A DNA stretch of 64,000 nucleotides from Octopus sinensis (Eukaryota): positions 2,666,001-2,730,000 of the forward strand of contig NC_043012.1 of the NCBI RefSeq assembly GCF_006345805.1. The letters are read 5' to 3'. Both the position numbers and the translations under genes were made by a program. The notes under the pieces were generated by a model. It searched no databases. It saw nothing but the letters and a program-made list of their open reading frames with translations, and was not told where the DNA came from. Below, in pieces: positions 39,288-52,539 of this stretch (its first letter is position 1; every line of letters begins with the position of its first letter).

Positions 39288-39510
39288 ACACACACACAAA
39301 AAAACATCAGCTAAATATATATATATACATATAGTTTTATGTTTTTTCTTTCATGAATCACATCAGATTTAGATGATAAATGTGTAATGATACTGCAGTG
39401 AATTAAATTAAGTAAAAAAAATAGAAAATAACATTTGTAGAACTTTATTCACAAAACAAATTAGAAAATATGTTAGAATATTTTATTGCTGCAATTAAAT
39501 TAAATGTAGA
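37890..39510. repeat. Tandem duplication, period ~817 bp, with indel-dominated differences
   Basis: AAAAATAATTATCAAAATGAAA at 37921 and ~38738. The units are colinear through the (CT)n/(CA)n tracts to ATTGCTGCAATTAAATTAAATGT. Confidence 0.9.
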
Positions 39511-40364
39511 TAATTTTTCATGGAAATCTTTATCCCCCTTCATTTTCAAAACAATGATAATTTTCAAATATAGAAATAGGGAATCATGAATACATATGTG
39601 TTCGTTGTAAATTGGTGATTCCTGCACTGGAAGTAAAATGCTCAGCACACACACACACATACACATTGCTAGATTGTGGTTTCAATTCCGTTATAGGGCA
39701 GTGCATTGTGTTCTTGAGCAAAACACTTCATTTCATGTTGTTATGTGATCTCTTCAACATGTGACATGTCACACACCATGAATTTGTACAGGAAATGTCG
39801 ATTTGATGGAGAGAATGAGCTTGTGTACAGCAGGGGAATATTTCAGGAGGAGAGTTGAGCAAGAGAAGTAGGAGTGAAAGGGAGGAGAGAGAGGAAACAC
39901 AGTTTACAACATGTAGTTAAACTCAGGCTAACCATGTTTGATGTAGGAATCTCCCTCGAATTCATAATCAACTAAAATTACTCTCGTAATGTGAGTAGAA
40001 ATCATTAGATAAAAAGGATTGAATGGAAGGGACATGCAGTGGAGTATGCATTTGATTTTTTTTCTTTGCTTTCACATAAAAATGTACCCTTTCTTTTTAA
40101 GATGGTAGACTGTTGTTTGAAGGAAATTTAGTTTGTCATACAGTTGTGTAGAGAATAAAGGTTGTACTTCCCAGGTCCACTGTCTCCCTTCTTATTAGCT
40201 ACATAAAAGAAAATCAAAATATAGTCATATAATAAATAAGTTAAGCATATCTAGAAAACACATTGGAACAAAATTGGTCAACACGAGGAAACACTACTAC
40301 ACTGTACACAATATAGTTGATCTGACTTTGAGTATGTTAGTCTTGCCTCAGCCCTCAGTTTCAT

Positions 40365-40760
40365 CATCATCATCATCATCGTTTAATGTCTGTTCTCCGT
40401 GCTAGCATGGGTTGGACGGTTCGATCGGGGATCTGGGAAGCCAGAAGGCTGCACCAGGCTCCGGTCTTATCTGGCAATGTTTCTACAGCTGGATGCCCTT
40501 CCTAACGCCAACCACTCCGTGAGTGTAGTGGGTGCTTTTTACGTGTCACCTGCACTGGTGCCAGGCGAGGCTGGCATCGGCCACGGTCGGATTGGTGCAT
40601 TTTACGTGCCACCTGCACAGAAGCCAGTCGAGGTGGCACTGGCTTCGGCCACGATTCGGATGGTGCTTTTTACGTGCCACCGACACGGAAGCCAGTCGAG
40701 GCGGCACTGGCTTCGGCCACGATTCAGATGGTGCTTTTTACGTGCCACTGACACAGACAA
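40365..40760 (-). mobile_element. SINE family C copy with four internal modules
   Basis: (CAT)n tail at ~40363-40380. GTGC(T/A)TTTTACGTG motifs at 40532, 40595, 40663 and 40731. Confidence 0.85.
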
Positions 40761-41525
40761 ACTACAAAGAACTCATCATCACTGGCTGACTGTACACATT
40801 GTCGTTGTCATCGTCGCCACCGCCACTGTCGTCATTGTCATCATGTGTTGGTAGTAAGCTGGTGATGATGTACTCTTTTGTGGTTTACCGTGGAGAAGTT
40901 GGTTACCTGCACATCATCGTTGTCATCATCATCTACATACATAACGAAACAAAACTTCTCTGCATGATGGGCCTCTTGGACTTGTGATGGTTCAGTTTGT
41001 TGCCATGACACACTCCGACCCTCACAATCCATGCCACTACATCTACAGTCTCCCGATTACCTTCAAACAGGCACAAACACAGTCATAACACCATCTGAAA
41101 ACTCTCTATCAAAATAAATCCCTAAAAAGCATGTGCCCCAAACCAGCAGTAATTCCAGATATTGTGCCAGGATACTGTACTGCACCAGAAATAAGTGCAG
41201 AACAACAACAACAACAACAGCCATCACACTTTAATTTTGAACACTGTGTACCTTTTTTTCCGGCATGCAAGTCAACATGGTATATAGCACAAACATGTAA
41301 TATAAACATTCAAACATTGTCACTCTCTTTCCAAAATCCGTCTGTGTTTCATATGGAAGATTTAGTCTTCCACGGTTTGTCTTGGTATATAAATCAACCT
41401 ACCTTTTTTAGTCGTAAATTTTGGTCTGAAAAGTTCAGCTTTTTGGCCAGAAAATATGGTATACCTCTGTTGTGGCCACTATCAGAACTTTGGTGTATAA
41501 AATTTGAATAGACTATGAAATAAAT

Positions 41526-41841
41526 ACTGAATTCCCTGACAAACACAGCAGATCTCACATGATAAACTACTGCTTGTTAAAGTAAACAATATGGACTTGT
41601 ATGGTTGTTCGAGAGACAGGTATATCAGGAACAGTAGCTCTGTGTACTGTGCCTGGGTTTTGAAATGACTATCTACATGTCACTGAATTCCCTGACAAAC
41701 ACAGCAGATTTCACATGATAAACTACTGCTTGTTAAAGTAAACAATATGGACTTGTATGGTTTTTCGAGAGACAAGTATATCAGGAACAGTAGCTCTGTG
41801 TACTGTGCTTGGGTTTTGAAATGACTATCTACATGTCACTG
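41526..41841. repeat. 156-bp direct tandem duplication
   Basis: ACTGAATTCCCTGAC starts at 41526 and 41682. Four substitutions and no indels seen. Confidence 0.9.
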
Positions 41842-43979
41842 GTCTGCTCAATCAGAGATGAAGTAGGTTAACAGCAGCAATAACGGTAATCCCCACTGAG
41901 ATGTACAATGTGAAAAGGGCAGTCTTCAACAGACCTGATTATACAGAACTTATATTGTTGGTCAGTTAGGAAGAGAAAGTGTGTTTCAAAGTGATGTAGA
42001 AAGGAAGAATCATTATAGAATGCTTCCATCACTGGATAAATGTAGAATATAAGGTAAATAGATCAATAGATGCTGGCCATTCCTTTAACTTAGTAACATA
42101 AAGATCCCTATAGAGAGAGTGGGAGTTAATTTGGGAGTGGGGTAATAGGGAGGCAAGACAGTTGTGAATGTTGAAGCTGTAAAGAATAATAGCCTTAGCC
42201 TTTTTGTTACCATATTTCTGTTGAAATGCATTATATATTGATTTTATTAAGCAAGTTGTTTGGATTAGCATGGAATTTTGACGGAAGGTTTTAATGTAGA
42301 TCATTTTAAAACAGGTTTGTATCATAGAACCAAAGATATTTTCAGGTGGATCGGTATCAAAAGGGTTAATTTGAGAAAGGTTTAGATGGGTGTCCTGAAT
42401 GCTTATCGAAATACCTGCTGTTAAATTGGTAAGGTATCAATTGACCTGGAAGGAATTAGAAGTGTGACTTTTACCCAGAATTTTTTTTTCCATGCTGATG
42501 TCTAAATAAGAATGGTGTGTGATTGGCAGATTCTATGTTGTGCAGATTTCTGTTGGTGTATGCTGTGATGTGCCAGGTGTATGAAGCTATTGATCTAAGA
42601 ATTAGCTATACCTGTCGCTATAACTTTTAAAAAATTATATTTTAGAGTTTTTCTGTAATTCTTAATGTTTTGTAGATTATTTCTCTTAGACAAGTAAAGA
42701 ATTTACTATTTGAAATGGATTCTGTGATAAATAATAATTCACATATTACACACTAGTTTGTTTTAAGATTTGCCAAAGATGTTTTAATGAATATTTCTCA
42801 CAAATATCTGTTTAAGATTGAAATGCTTTAAGCTATAGGTTTTTTTTTCTTTTTTGTTGGGACTATTTTATAAGCATTTCTTGATTAGTTACCTGTGAGC
42901 TTAGTCATTTCTCTTCAAAATACAAGCAGTTTTCCAAAGAACTTATCAAGTAATAGACTTGACCAATCCTAATATTTGCCAGATTGCTAGGGATGGTAAC
43001 AGATAAATAAATAAAAATAAATATTCTCAAAAGTCACTTAAGAACTTTTCTTCATTTCTCTAGATATTTCTTTATTACATTTCCAACTCCCTGTCATCTC
43101 TAGAATATTGCATGTTATCCAATCACATTGCTGGCATTTCTTTTTTATTTATTTTTCATAATGAAATCTGTTCACACTATTTAGTATGTAGCTGATTTCT
43201 TGGAAAGCAATCTTACCCTCCAGTTGAAACCTCCTTAGTAAATCTAAATCTAAACTGAGCAAATATATCCCTATTGATTACTGTATAAATCTACCCTGTC
43301 AATGTGTTGAAATACTGACTGTTTTATCTATGTTATTGAATATATTGAGAAATACATCCTCTTCTAGAAAACTTTATGTTGGTGTATGGTGTTGGTGTAT
43401 GGTGAGGGTGAAATAAAAAAAAGAAAACCCTAACATCTGTGGCAATATTCTTCCTGAAAGAAAAAGAAAATGTAAGGAAAAAGAGATATTACCTGACCCT
43501 CTCTCTTTCTTATCATACACCAACATGGCCTGATCTGTATAATATTTTTTCTGAATTAGTTCATGCTAACAGAGACCATTATTGGTCTCCTCAAACCCTG
43601 GTGATTATCCTTGATTGTCTAAGCCATTAATTTAGTATGATTAATTAGCAAGTTGTCTTTTTATCTTTTCTCTGTGTCTACCAGTATTTCTGCACAGGTT
43701 GAAATTATCATAAACTATCGGTACTAACTTTACCAAAACTGGCTCTCACTTAGATATTCAATCCATGTAGAACCACTAATCTGCCCACTGATGTTTTACT
43801 TTCCTAGTGATGCTTGTTGCTACAGCACAGCTTTACCATTATTTAACTTGCAGACAATATTCTTGCTATATAGCAACAAATAAACTCAACACTCAAAAAA
43901 GAAAATGAGCACCAATCACTCTATGCTTCTGTTGTTATGACACACATTCAAGCATGAATATCTTTATTGGACACACCTT

Positions 43980-44031
<52 letters not shown>

Positions 44032-45102
44032 AGATAATTTGCAAAATTTTCTTATGCTGTCTTTTCTTAGAAACAATTGATCAATCTTTTAACACCTATT
44101 TTTCAAGTTGTAATTAACATACTAGATTAATTATATCTTGACTAAATCCCCCATCTTACAATTACTGATATGTAATTACACACATGCTTAATATTTTTTT
44201 TTAATATTCTATTTATTTTATTTTTATTTCTTACATAATTTGTGTGTGTGTGTGTGAAATTGATTTTTATCCTTTTAAATAAAAAAATTATTAAGATTAA
44301 GGAGAAGAAAATTATAAAAAATTGATTCTGGAATCAGAAATAACGAACATCTGTCAAATTAAGTTTTCTATAATGTAAGTCCTTTTTAATATTTTTGTCT
44401 CATTAGTCTTTTACATTTAGCTCCATGTCAAACCTGAATGGTTTACACTTATGATTGAAGGCATTCCAGCTATGACCATCCCATCTTGTAATCTGGGATT
44501 ACATTAACAAATAAGTCTATTTCTAAAGATAGTAGTGTGTAATGAGGAAAATTTGACTGCTATTTTTAGCAAGTCAAGCTACAATGTAGAGGCTCCTTTA
44601 CTGGATTTTAGTTTCTGTGTTACAGCCCTTGTTTATAAGAGGACATATGTCAAGTAGCTCTGGTATAGTTTTTTTTTTAGACATTGCTCTTAGCACATTT
44701 TAGACACAGCTAAAGTTGTCTTCATTTTCTTTGTATACTGACCCTAAAGTGTACACTTCATCATTCATCTCACTAAGAGTGAGGCAACATAAAGTACAAT
44801 ATCCTGGGCATGGCCTTAGAGCAGAAGATGACCTGGTGTCATCAATCGTCTATTAGAGAGCTTAGCCCACGTATTTAGATGTCATGACCAGATATTCAGG
44901 TGCATCTATGCAGAGGATTGCCAGCTCTGGAGATAATTATGAAGAACAAATAAAGAATGGCAACCCTCAAATGATGATGGTGGCATTTGTCCTCTACCAA
45001 ATCTTCACATTTAATTTCAGGAAACACAAAACTAAGTGAAGTATAAAATATAACTTGTTTTGAGTTATATAGTTCAAAAACTCTTTTACTATAAACCTAA
45101 AG

Positions 45103-45136
<34 letters not shown>

Positions 45137-46301
45137 TATTATAAATGCAAAACAACACCACAGAGGAATCAATGTAAGCTTAAATAATAAAATGCGATAT
45201 GGTGAGGGATTACTGTATGCATATATATGTCCTTGATTATACAAATGTAAGGAGATGGTACTCAATATAGGGAGTTGATGTATAAAATAGCAACAGTGGA
45301 AGAACTAGCTTTTTAACACTTGTTATATAAGTAACAAAGTATCTTGTGTGTCTCAATTAATTTCGAAAATAGTGAGAATTTGGAGTGGTTTATTATAATA
45401 TGAACATTACTGGTTTATTAATTTTATGTCTGAAATAACTAAACAAAAGGTTCTTATGCAAACTTTTGACAGGAGGTTTACTTTAAATATGTATGCTTTA
45501 AAATAGGAAGTTTTGTGTGTTGAACTTAGAGGAGGTGTAATGGGTTTGAATATCCATATTGGAATTCTTTGATAGAATTTGTAATAATAACTATGGTAAC
45601 CTTTTTCCAGTAATGAGTTCTGTTTCAGCATTAAATGACCATGATTTATATGCTTGACATGTAAATTGAAGCATGTTTGATTGGTAACAAAGATTTCCTC
45701 CTCTTCTTTAGACATCAGCTGAAATACTTGAAGTCTCTTGTGTTTTTTGTTTGTCTTGTTTTCTTTTCTTCCTTAAATTTGAATTTTTACCTGAATAACT
45801 TTTAATCTAAAATTTAATGTTATTCTTAAAATAATTATTTCTCAATTTACTTTGACTGCATTTAATCTGTTTTGTAATCTCTCTCTTTCCGTCTCTCCCC
45901 ACCCAAGCTCGATATATCCGCTTGGATAATATACTCCCTATTTACACTCATTTGCTTTATCCTTGTACCTTGTCCCATACTGTATCCCCTACCTATCCTA
46001 TTCATACCCATCATGATTGTTTGTACCCTATACCCTATCTTTAGCTATTCTGCATAGAGTTGTCCTACCTATTACTTGTCTTGTCTATATTGTTATCTAC
46101 CAAAACTCTTCTCTATTCCAACAATACCTTGACTATGTGTGATAATCTCTACATATCTTTATTGTGTCTGTCTCTTGTTTAATTTGCTTTTGTAAAAACT
46201 ACCCACCTCTGGATGTTTATATTTCACATATTCTACACACATCAGCATGTATATTTGATTTATTAACATTTTTAAAATTCAGTTTCCCTTTTATATATCT
46301 A

Positions 46302-46346
<45 letters not shown>

Positions 46347-46965
46347 TACACTATCTAGCACTTTCTGTTGCACATCTGCACCTTACACATGTTTAAGTAA
46401 CAATATGAATGACATTTAATTATGTGCATGTATAAAGAAAATTAATGTATTCAGAATGATTTGGAAAGATTCCTGGGAAAGGAATTCACAGTAACTAAAA
46501 TTTGAGAGCTCTTTGGAAAATATGTTGTACCTAGAAACCAAAGAGCCGAGTATCTTTTAAAACTAGGTATTGAAAGTTTCACCTAAACTTCTCCCAGTCC
46601 ATCCTTACTTAGTGAAAGGCATTGAACATTGTTTCCACTTAGTAATTTTATGAGGTGAGATATATAAGACATATCAAATCTTCAGCTTACTTTCTACCTT
46701 GTAGTCTCGATATGCAGACTGCCTGTATAAACAAGTAGATGTTATTATTTCTTCTGATGCTGCTGCTATTTATGGCATACTGGTATGATACCAGTATATC
46801 ATACCAGTGTATGATAAATATTCAGCTTTGAAATTAATTACCTGTAGCAAACTTGTATTGAAACAGATTAATTGGATAAAATGCAGGTTCATCTTTATTA
46901 TTTAATAAACAGGTTATATGCAATGCATGTATGTGTTTGTGTGTGTGTGTGTGTGTATATATATA

Positions 46966-47032
<67 letters not shown>

Positions 47033-49748
47033 TTTATATATACCAATACATATATTGCCAACTAACTCTGAAAATCACAGGGTTACATAAGCGGGCTGCT
47101 AACTAACATTTTGTCGAGCCCCTTGTGCAAAACCAATTGATAAGATTTGGCCGTAATGAATATATAATGCTGTACACTTTGATTAATATATATGTATGTA
47201 CATATGTATATGCTCTTACACACACAAAATTTATACACGGGCAGTTGAACTATGTACATTTCTTTGTTGCTGGTTAACTAAACAACTATTTTGTGTCTGT
47301 ACAAAATATTGATAAAGTGGAATTATCATAACTTAGTGAAATAAGCATCCTATCAGATTTCTATGAAATACAGAAATAGCCAAAATAACATGGCAGTTAT
47401 TTTGCCTTTGCTGCACATGTCAAAGGGATGGACAAACAGAGAGAAAGATGGAGATACTGCTTATTATATGAGTAGATTATTCCATTTATATACTTTTAAA
47501 GGATTGAAAGCATTATAGAATATGTGTAAGAATATCTTTCATGCCTGTTAAGGCATGAAAGATGCAAAAATCTCATTTAGTATTCCTCTTGAAGTCAAGA
47601 GAACTAATCTCCTGTTTATAAATACTGCTGGTTACAATTAGTAAAGCAATAAATACATACAGATACTTAATAATTGGTTCTGTTTATTTTAATTGTATCT
47701 TCTGAGATAATCAATGAACTATAGTTTTAATGGAGTGAAAAGAGATGACATACCTGTGTAGAGAAGTAACAACAAATACCAATTGTATGTTGTATACTAA
47801 TCTTATAGCATGACTTTTAATTATCTCATCTTTTGGTGTAAGTTAGATTATAGATGGAGAAATAGAGATTAATGTAGCTGACATTATATAAACCAATAAA
47901 ACTAGTTGGTACTTCATTTAACAGATTAGACTAGTAGATCATATAAATAACTACAAATAGCTATAGCTAACAGTATGTGTATGTGTGTGAGAGAGAGAGA
48001 GAGAAAGAGAGTCTATAATAAAATCACAGTTGTAAGAATTAACAAGGGATACCTGAATTTCCAAATGAGAAAATCTGATAGGTTTTATGAGAAATGAAGT
48101 ATCATTAAGACTACTTGTGCTGTATATCTTAAATAAATCTATGTTCTCACCTTTTTTTAATGACTCAGAAGAGGGAAGAGTAGTGCCCATAAACTTTTTT
48201 AAGGGTAAGTGATTTATAGATTGGTGGGGAAAGGGAGAAAAAGACCTAATGAACCTGAGTTATCTGCAAACTAGGGACCTGGTTGAAATGTTTTCAACGG
48301 TGCGGGCTCCTCCAAAACTACCCAGAGCTTAAATAGATGGTTTTCATTTGGATGATATATTAAGTCTAGAGCAGGTTTTGTCCATTCAATGCGCTTCTGC
48401 ACAATTTCCACTTCCAAAATTTCACTCACATGGCTTGGGTTAATGCAAAGTTATATAAGAAGACCCATGCCCAAATTGTAGCATGATTTTGAATCAGTTC
48501 TTCATCACACAGCTATTGGTAATGATAAAGAAAAACCATTGTCAATTATCACCCTAATATATCTTCACTGAATCTCTTTATATCCCTCTATACTTCATGC
48601 ACTCAACTGTTTTACTGCTATATAAGTGTATGGCTGGATAAGGGCACCTGTGAAGTTTAGGCCAATGTTTTGAGGTGGTGATGTTTATTCTTTCTATTCT
48701 TAGCTGCTCTGGTGTCAAATATTTGTTGGGCAGAGATTTACCCAAACCACACCATTATCGAATGTTGGAGAGTGCAGCACCATAGCTTAAATCTTATTCC
48801 ATATAGTCATTATAATAGCTCTAAATATTGATTAGTAGATTAGTGTTAACACTTTTTAGCTTTAGATCTTAAAAACAGTTTTGCCTATTCTCATCATTTT
48901 TAGCCTAAATTCAATTTACTCTACATTTATTATTAAACCAGTCTTGTGGTGCTAGTTAAAAGGATGTGTGCTGTATGGCATGGTATGAATTCTTGGCATT
49001 GTAGACATTAACCTGGCAACTGCAACCTCACAGTAAAATCACCTGTTTTTTTTTCTTTTACATTCCACATGTATACCCTTATTAGTAAGACATATCTGTA
49101 GCTTTTATTCTTTAGGATTTATTTTCTTTATCTCTTGTTTATATTTTAATTTTTAAACCTTCTAAGATGAATTTTTTTTGTTTATTAGATGGACAGAATA
49201 TAAATTGAAAAGAAAAAAAATCACTAAATGTTAGAGAGGACTTAGACCCACATTTTCTAGTTGTGCTAGAGTTGTGGAGTTCAGCTTTGTACTTGCTTCT
49301 TGCTTTTGCACCCTCTCAATCCACTGTCTGTGTTTAAATTGAGGCATCAGTTATGACAAAAACACCATGGTCTGTTACACTTAAGATTCATGTACTTTGG
49401 TTTGTAGATCTAATCTAAAACAATGAGCGAGCTGTCACCCATGAATTAATGATTGATATGGCTTAGTAGCATGAACGATGCTTTTGCTAATTGCTCTAGG
49501 TGCCTTTGTAGTCATGAGTAGACATAGATATTCTCTCAACTTTTCTAGTTTGTGACTCTGTGTTGCATTCAGCAGCAGCAGCATTCAGCTGAGTAGGTGG
49601 AGCATCATGAAATGAAGTGCCTTGACTTGACAATGCAATGTGCCAATTGGCCCAGGAAATGAACCCACAGCAGTTTGATGGTGAACCAAATGCTCTAACC
49701 ACTTGGCCATACACCTTCAAAATAGACTTGATCTAACATCTGGTTTTA

Positions 49749-50270
49749 TACCTCCACTTACCCTTTGAGCACCTCCACTTACTCTTTGAGGGCCTCCATC
49801 AATCCCTTGAGCACCTCCACTTACCCTTTGAGGGCCTCCATCGATCCCTTGAGCACCTCCACTTACCCTTTGAGGGCCTCCATCGATCCCTTGAGCACCT
49901 CCACTTACCCTTTGAGGGCCTCCATCAATCCCTTGAGCACCTCCACTTACCGTTTGAGGGCCTCCATCGATCCTTTGAGCACCTCTACTTACCGTTTGAG
50001 GGCCTCCGTCGATCTCTTGAGCACCTCCACTTATCCTTTTAGTGCCTCCGCTTAGCCTTTGAGTGCCTCCATCAATCCTTTGAGTACCCTTGATTGTCTC
50101 CACTTATCCTTTGAGTTCCTCCATCAATCCCTTGAGTACTTCCACCTACTGTTTGAGTACCTGCAGCTATCCCTTGAGTAGCTCCACTTATCCTTTGAGT
50201 GTCTCTGCTTACCCTTTGAGTGCCTCCATCAATCTCTTGAGTACCTCCACCTACCGTTTGAGTACCTCCA
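49749..50270. repeat. 21-bp minisatellite with a 42-bp (AB) higher-order structure
   Basis: A=CACCTCCACTTACCCTTTGAG and B=GGCCTCCATCGATCCCTTGAG alternate six times, then decay rightwards. Confidence 0.92.
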
Positions 50271-50889
50271 TCTATCTATCCCCTGTGTGCCTTCACTTAT
50301 CCCTTAAGTGTCTGTAACAGAGTCTAAGCTGTTAGATTTGGATCAGGTTTTTCACTTTCTATTTTCCTCTCACTAGTTTCAGAGTTCATACAAAATATAG
50401 GTGCTACCCTTTCTTTTCACTAAACCATAAAAATATTAAAGTCTATCTCACTGAAAAATTCTAAAATCAATAATAAATGTTATTTACTGAGGAATTCATT
50501 AAAATATTAATTATAAATATAGTAATATCTACTCCTGAGTGTCTAAACTGGTCACATGTGTTCTTTGAACAACGTAGTTCATCTTCAAGTATATTTACTG
50601 ATAACATAAATCTATAGAAATATAAGTCTTTCAATAAATTTAACTTAATAGAGAATTTCCACTGTGTGTGTGAGTGTATGTGTATGTGGTGGGGGGCAAC
50701 TCCACTAATGCCAGTAACACAAAAAGGTCTCCAATTCATGCTGTAAAGTGGTTGCAGTTTAGGAAGGGCATCCAGCCATTGAAACGATGCCAAAGCTGAC
50801 CTGGAGCATGAGGCAGCCCTGTGGCTCATCAGATCCAGTCGACTTGTCCAACCCATGCTAGCATGGAAAACAGATGTAAAAGGATGACT

Positions 50890-51270
50890 CTCTCTTTACT
50901 CTTTTACTTGTTTCAGTCATTTGACTGCGGCCATGCTGGAGCACCGCCTTTAATCGAGCAACTCGACTCCGGGACTTATTCTTTTGTAAGCCCAGTACTT
51001 ATTCTATTGGTCTCTTTTGCCGAACCGCTAAGTAACGGGGACATAAACACTAGGGGACAAACAGACACACACAAACACACACACGCATATATATATACAT
51101 ATATACGACGGGCTTCTTTCAGTTTCCGTCTACCAAATCCACTCACAAGGCTTTGGTCGGCCCGAGGCTATAGTAGAAGACACTTGCCCAAGGTGCCACG
51201 CAGTGGGACTGAACCCGGAACCATATGGTTGGTAGACAAGCTACTTACCACACAGCCACTCTTGCGCCTA
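50890..51270 (-). mobile_element. SINE family A copy (young, CpG retained)
   Basis: Reverse complement of the family A consensus. Abuts a family C tail at ~50720-50885. Confidence 0.88.
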
Positions 51271-51380
51271 TATATCCTGATATATCCTGCATAGCTCCAT
51301 TATAATAAAACAGTATATTGAGGGAGTGAATGAAAATGTAGAGAGTAAAGTGTGTTAGTTGTGAGGGACGAAGGCCAAAA

Positions 51381-51510
51381 GAGAGATGAATGTAAGAGAG
51401 ATGAGTAAGAGAGATGAGTGTAAGAGAGATGAGTAAGAGAGATGAGTAAGAGAGATGAGTGTAAGAGAGATGAGTGTAAGAGAGATGAGTGTAAGAGAGA
51501 TGAGTGTAAG
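51381..51510. repeat. 13/15-bp purine-rich minisatellite (GAGAGATGAGT(GT)AA)n
   Basis: About nine units read directly. Confidence 0.9.
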
Positions 51511-51780
51511 AGGGATAGTGTGAGGTATGAATTACTTAGTGGCTGGTTTGAAAGATGGTGAGATGAAAAGTTGGAAGTGTAGTGTGAATTAACCTATCAT
51601 TTTATGTTGGTTACATAACTATGTATACATACATGGTTCAAAGTCTCTCTTGACCAGAAATGGCCTGAACACTTTGTATGACCACCCTCCCTGTACATAA
51701 CTCTCTGTCCCCCTACATGGCCTTGCTTTTGCTTTTTGAGCCAATAAAAATTGAATTGAATTGAATTGACATATATGAAA

Positions 51781-52062
51781 ATGCATGGCCTAGTGGTTAG
51801 GTTGTTGTACTCACAATTGCTACATTGTCAGTTCAATTCCCAAACTAAGTGATGCATTGTGTTCTTGAGCAAAACTCTTCATTTTGCATTGCTCCAGTCC
51901 ATTCAGCTGTAACTGGGCAACCCTGCAGTGGAATAGCCTTCTGATCAGGGGGATTGTTGGCCTACTCACCTAGCCAGCAGGGTGGCATCATTTGAAAGCT
52001 GAAACAATGCATTGTGACCAGTGATGTGTAACAACATACAATAGTCTGGTTGATCACATGGT
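51781..52062 (+). mobile_element. tRNA-headed SINE 'family F'
   Basis: A-box-like TGGCCTAGTGGTTAG and B-box-like GTTCAATTCC. Partial relative at ~39670-39745 (TTGTGTTCTTGAGCAAAAC). Confidence 0.65.
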
Positions 52063-52063
52063 A

Positions 52064-52111
<48 letters not shown>

Positions 52112-52539
52112 GTATAGTGAAACTGTATACCCCCTCCTGGTAAAAAGTGGTAGGAACCAACCATTATGAATAGGCCATTAGTCAGTCGTCAAGAGAGGGT
52201 TGAGAGTCAAAGAATTGTGAGTTGACAGTTGTAGTCACTGTCTTGTGGAGCTATCAGCGATAGTGAGACAGAAGCAGTTAGTGTATTACCATTCCAGTAC
52301 AAAGAGATACAACAGTATCCAATAACTAGTAACTATTGTGTCTACTAGCATAAAGCAGCAACTACAGTACAACGGCAGTCACTCATCACACTAGTGGGAG
52401 GAACCCACTTTACAACATATATATATATCTCTGTATATATTGTACTTATTTCCATTATAATCAGGATACACTGAATCAGTAGGCAGATTTAAATTTCCTG
52501 TTAGATTGTTTCTTTTTAGTTAGGTCGGCAATTACTTTG

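Noticed and set aside
40532-40754. CRISPR-like repeat-spacer appearance
   Set aside because: Eukaryotic SINE-internal modules; spacers are partly homologous to each other and there are no cas genes.
43863-43877. TTGCTATATAGCAAC palindrome resembling an RFX X-box
   Set aside because: Single imperfect match in 64 kb of AT-rich DNA, with no promoter evidence.
44650-45000. Possible LINE RT remnant (ILGMALEQKMTW); also ~41850-42480 and ~48540-49050
   Set aside because: Only single weak motifs, too decayed to call boundaries or clade.
47534-47563. Perfect 13-bp stem / 4-nt loop hairpin
   Set aside because: Isolated with no supporting context. Likewise the interlocking palindromes at ~46785-46812.
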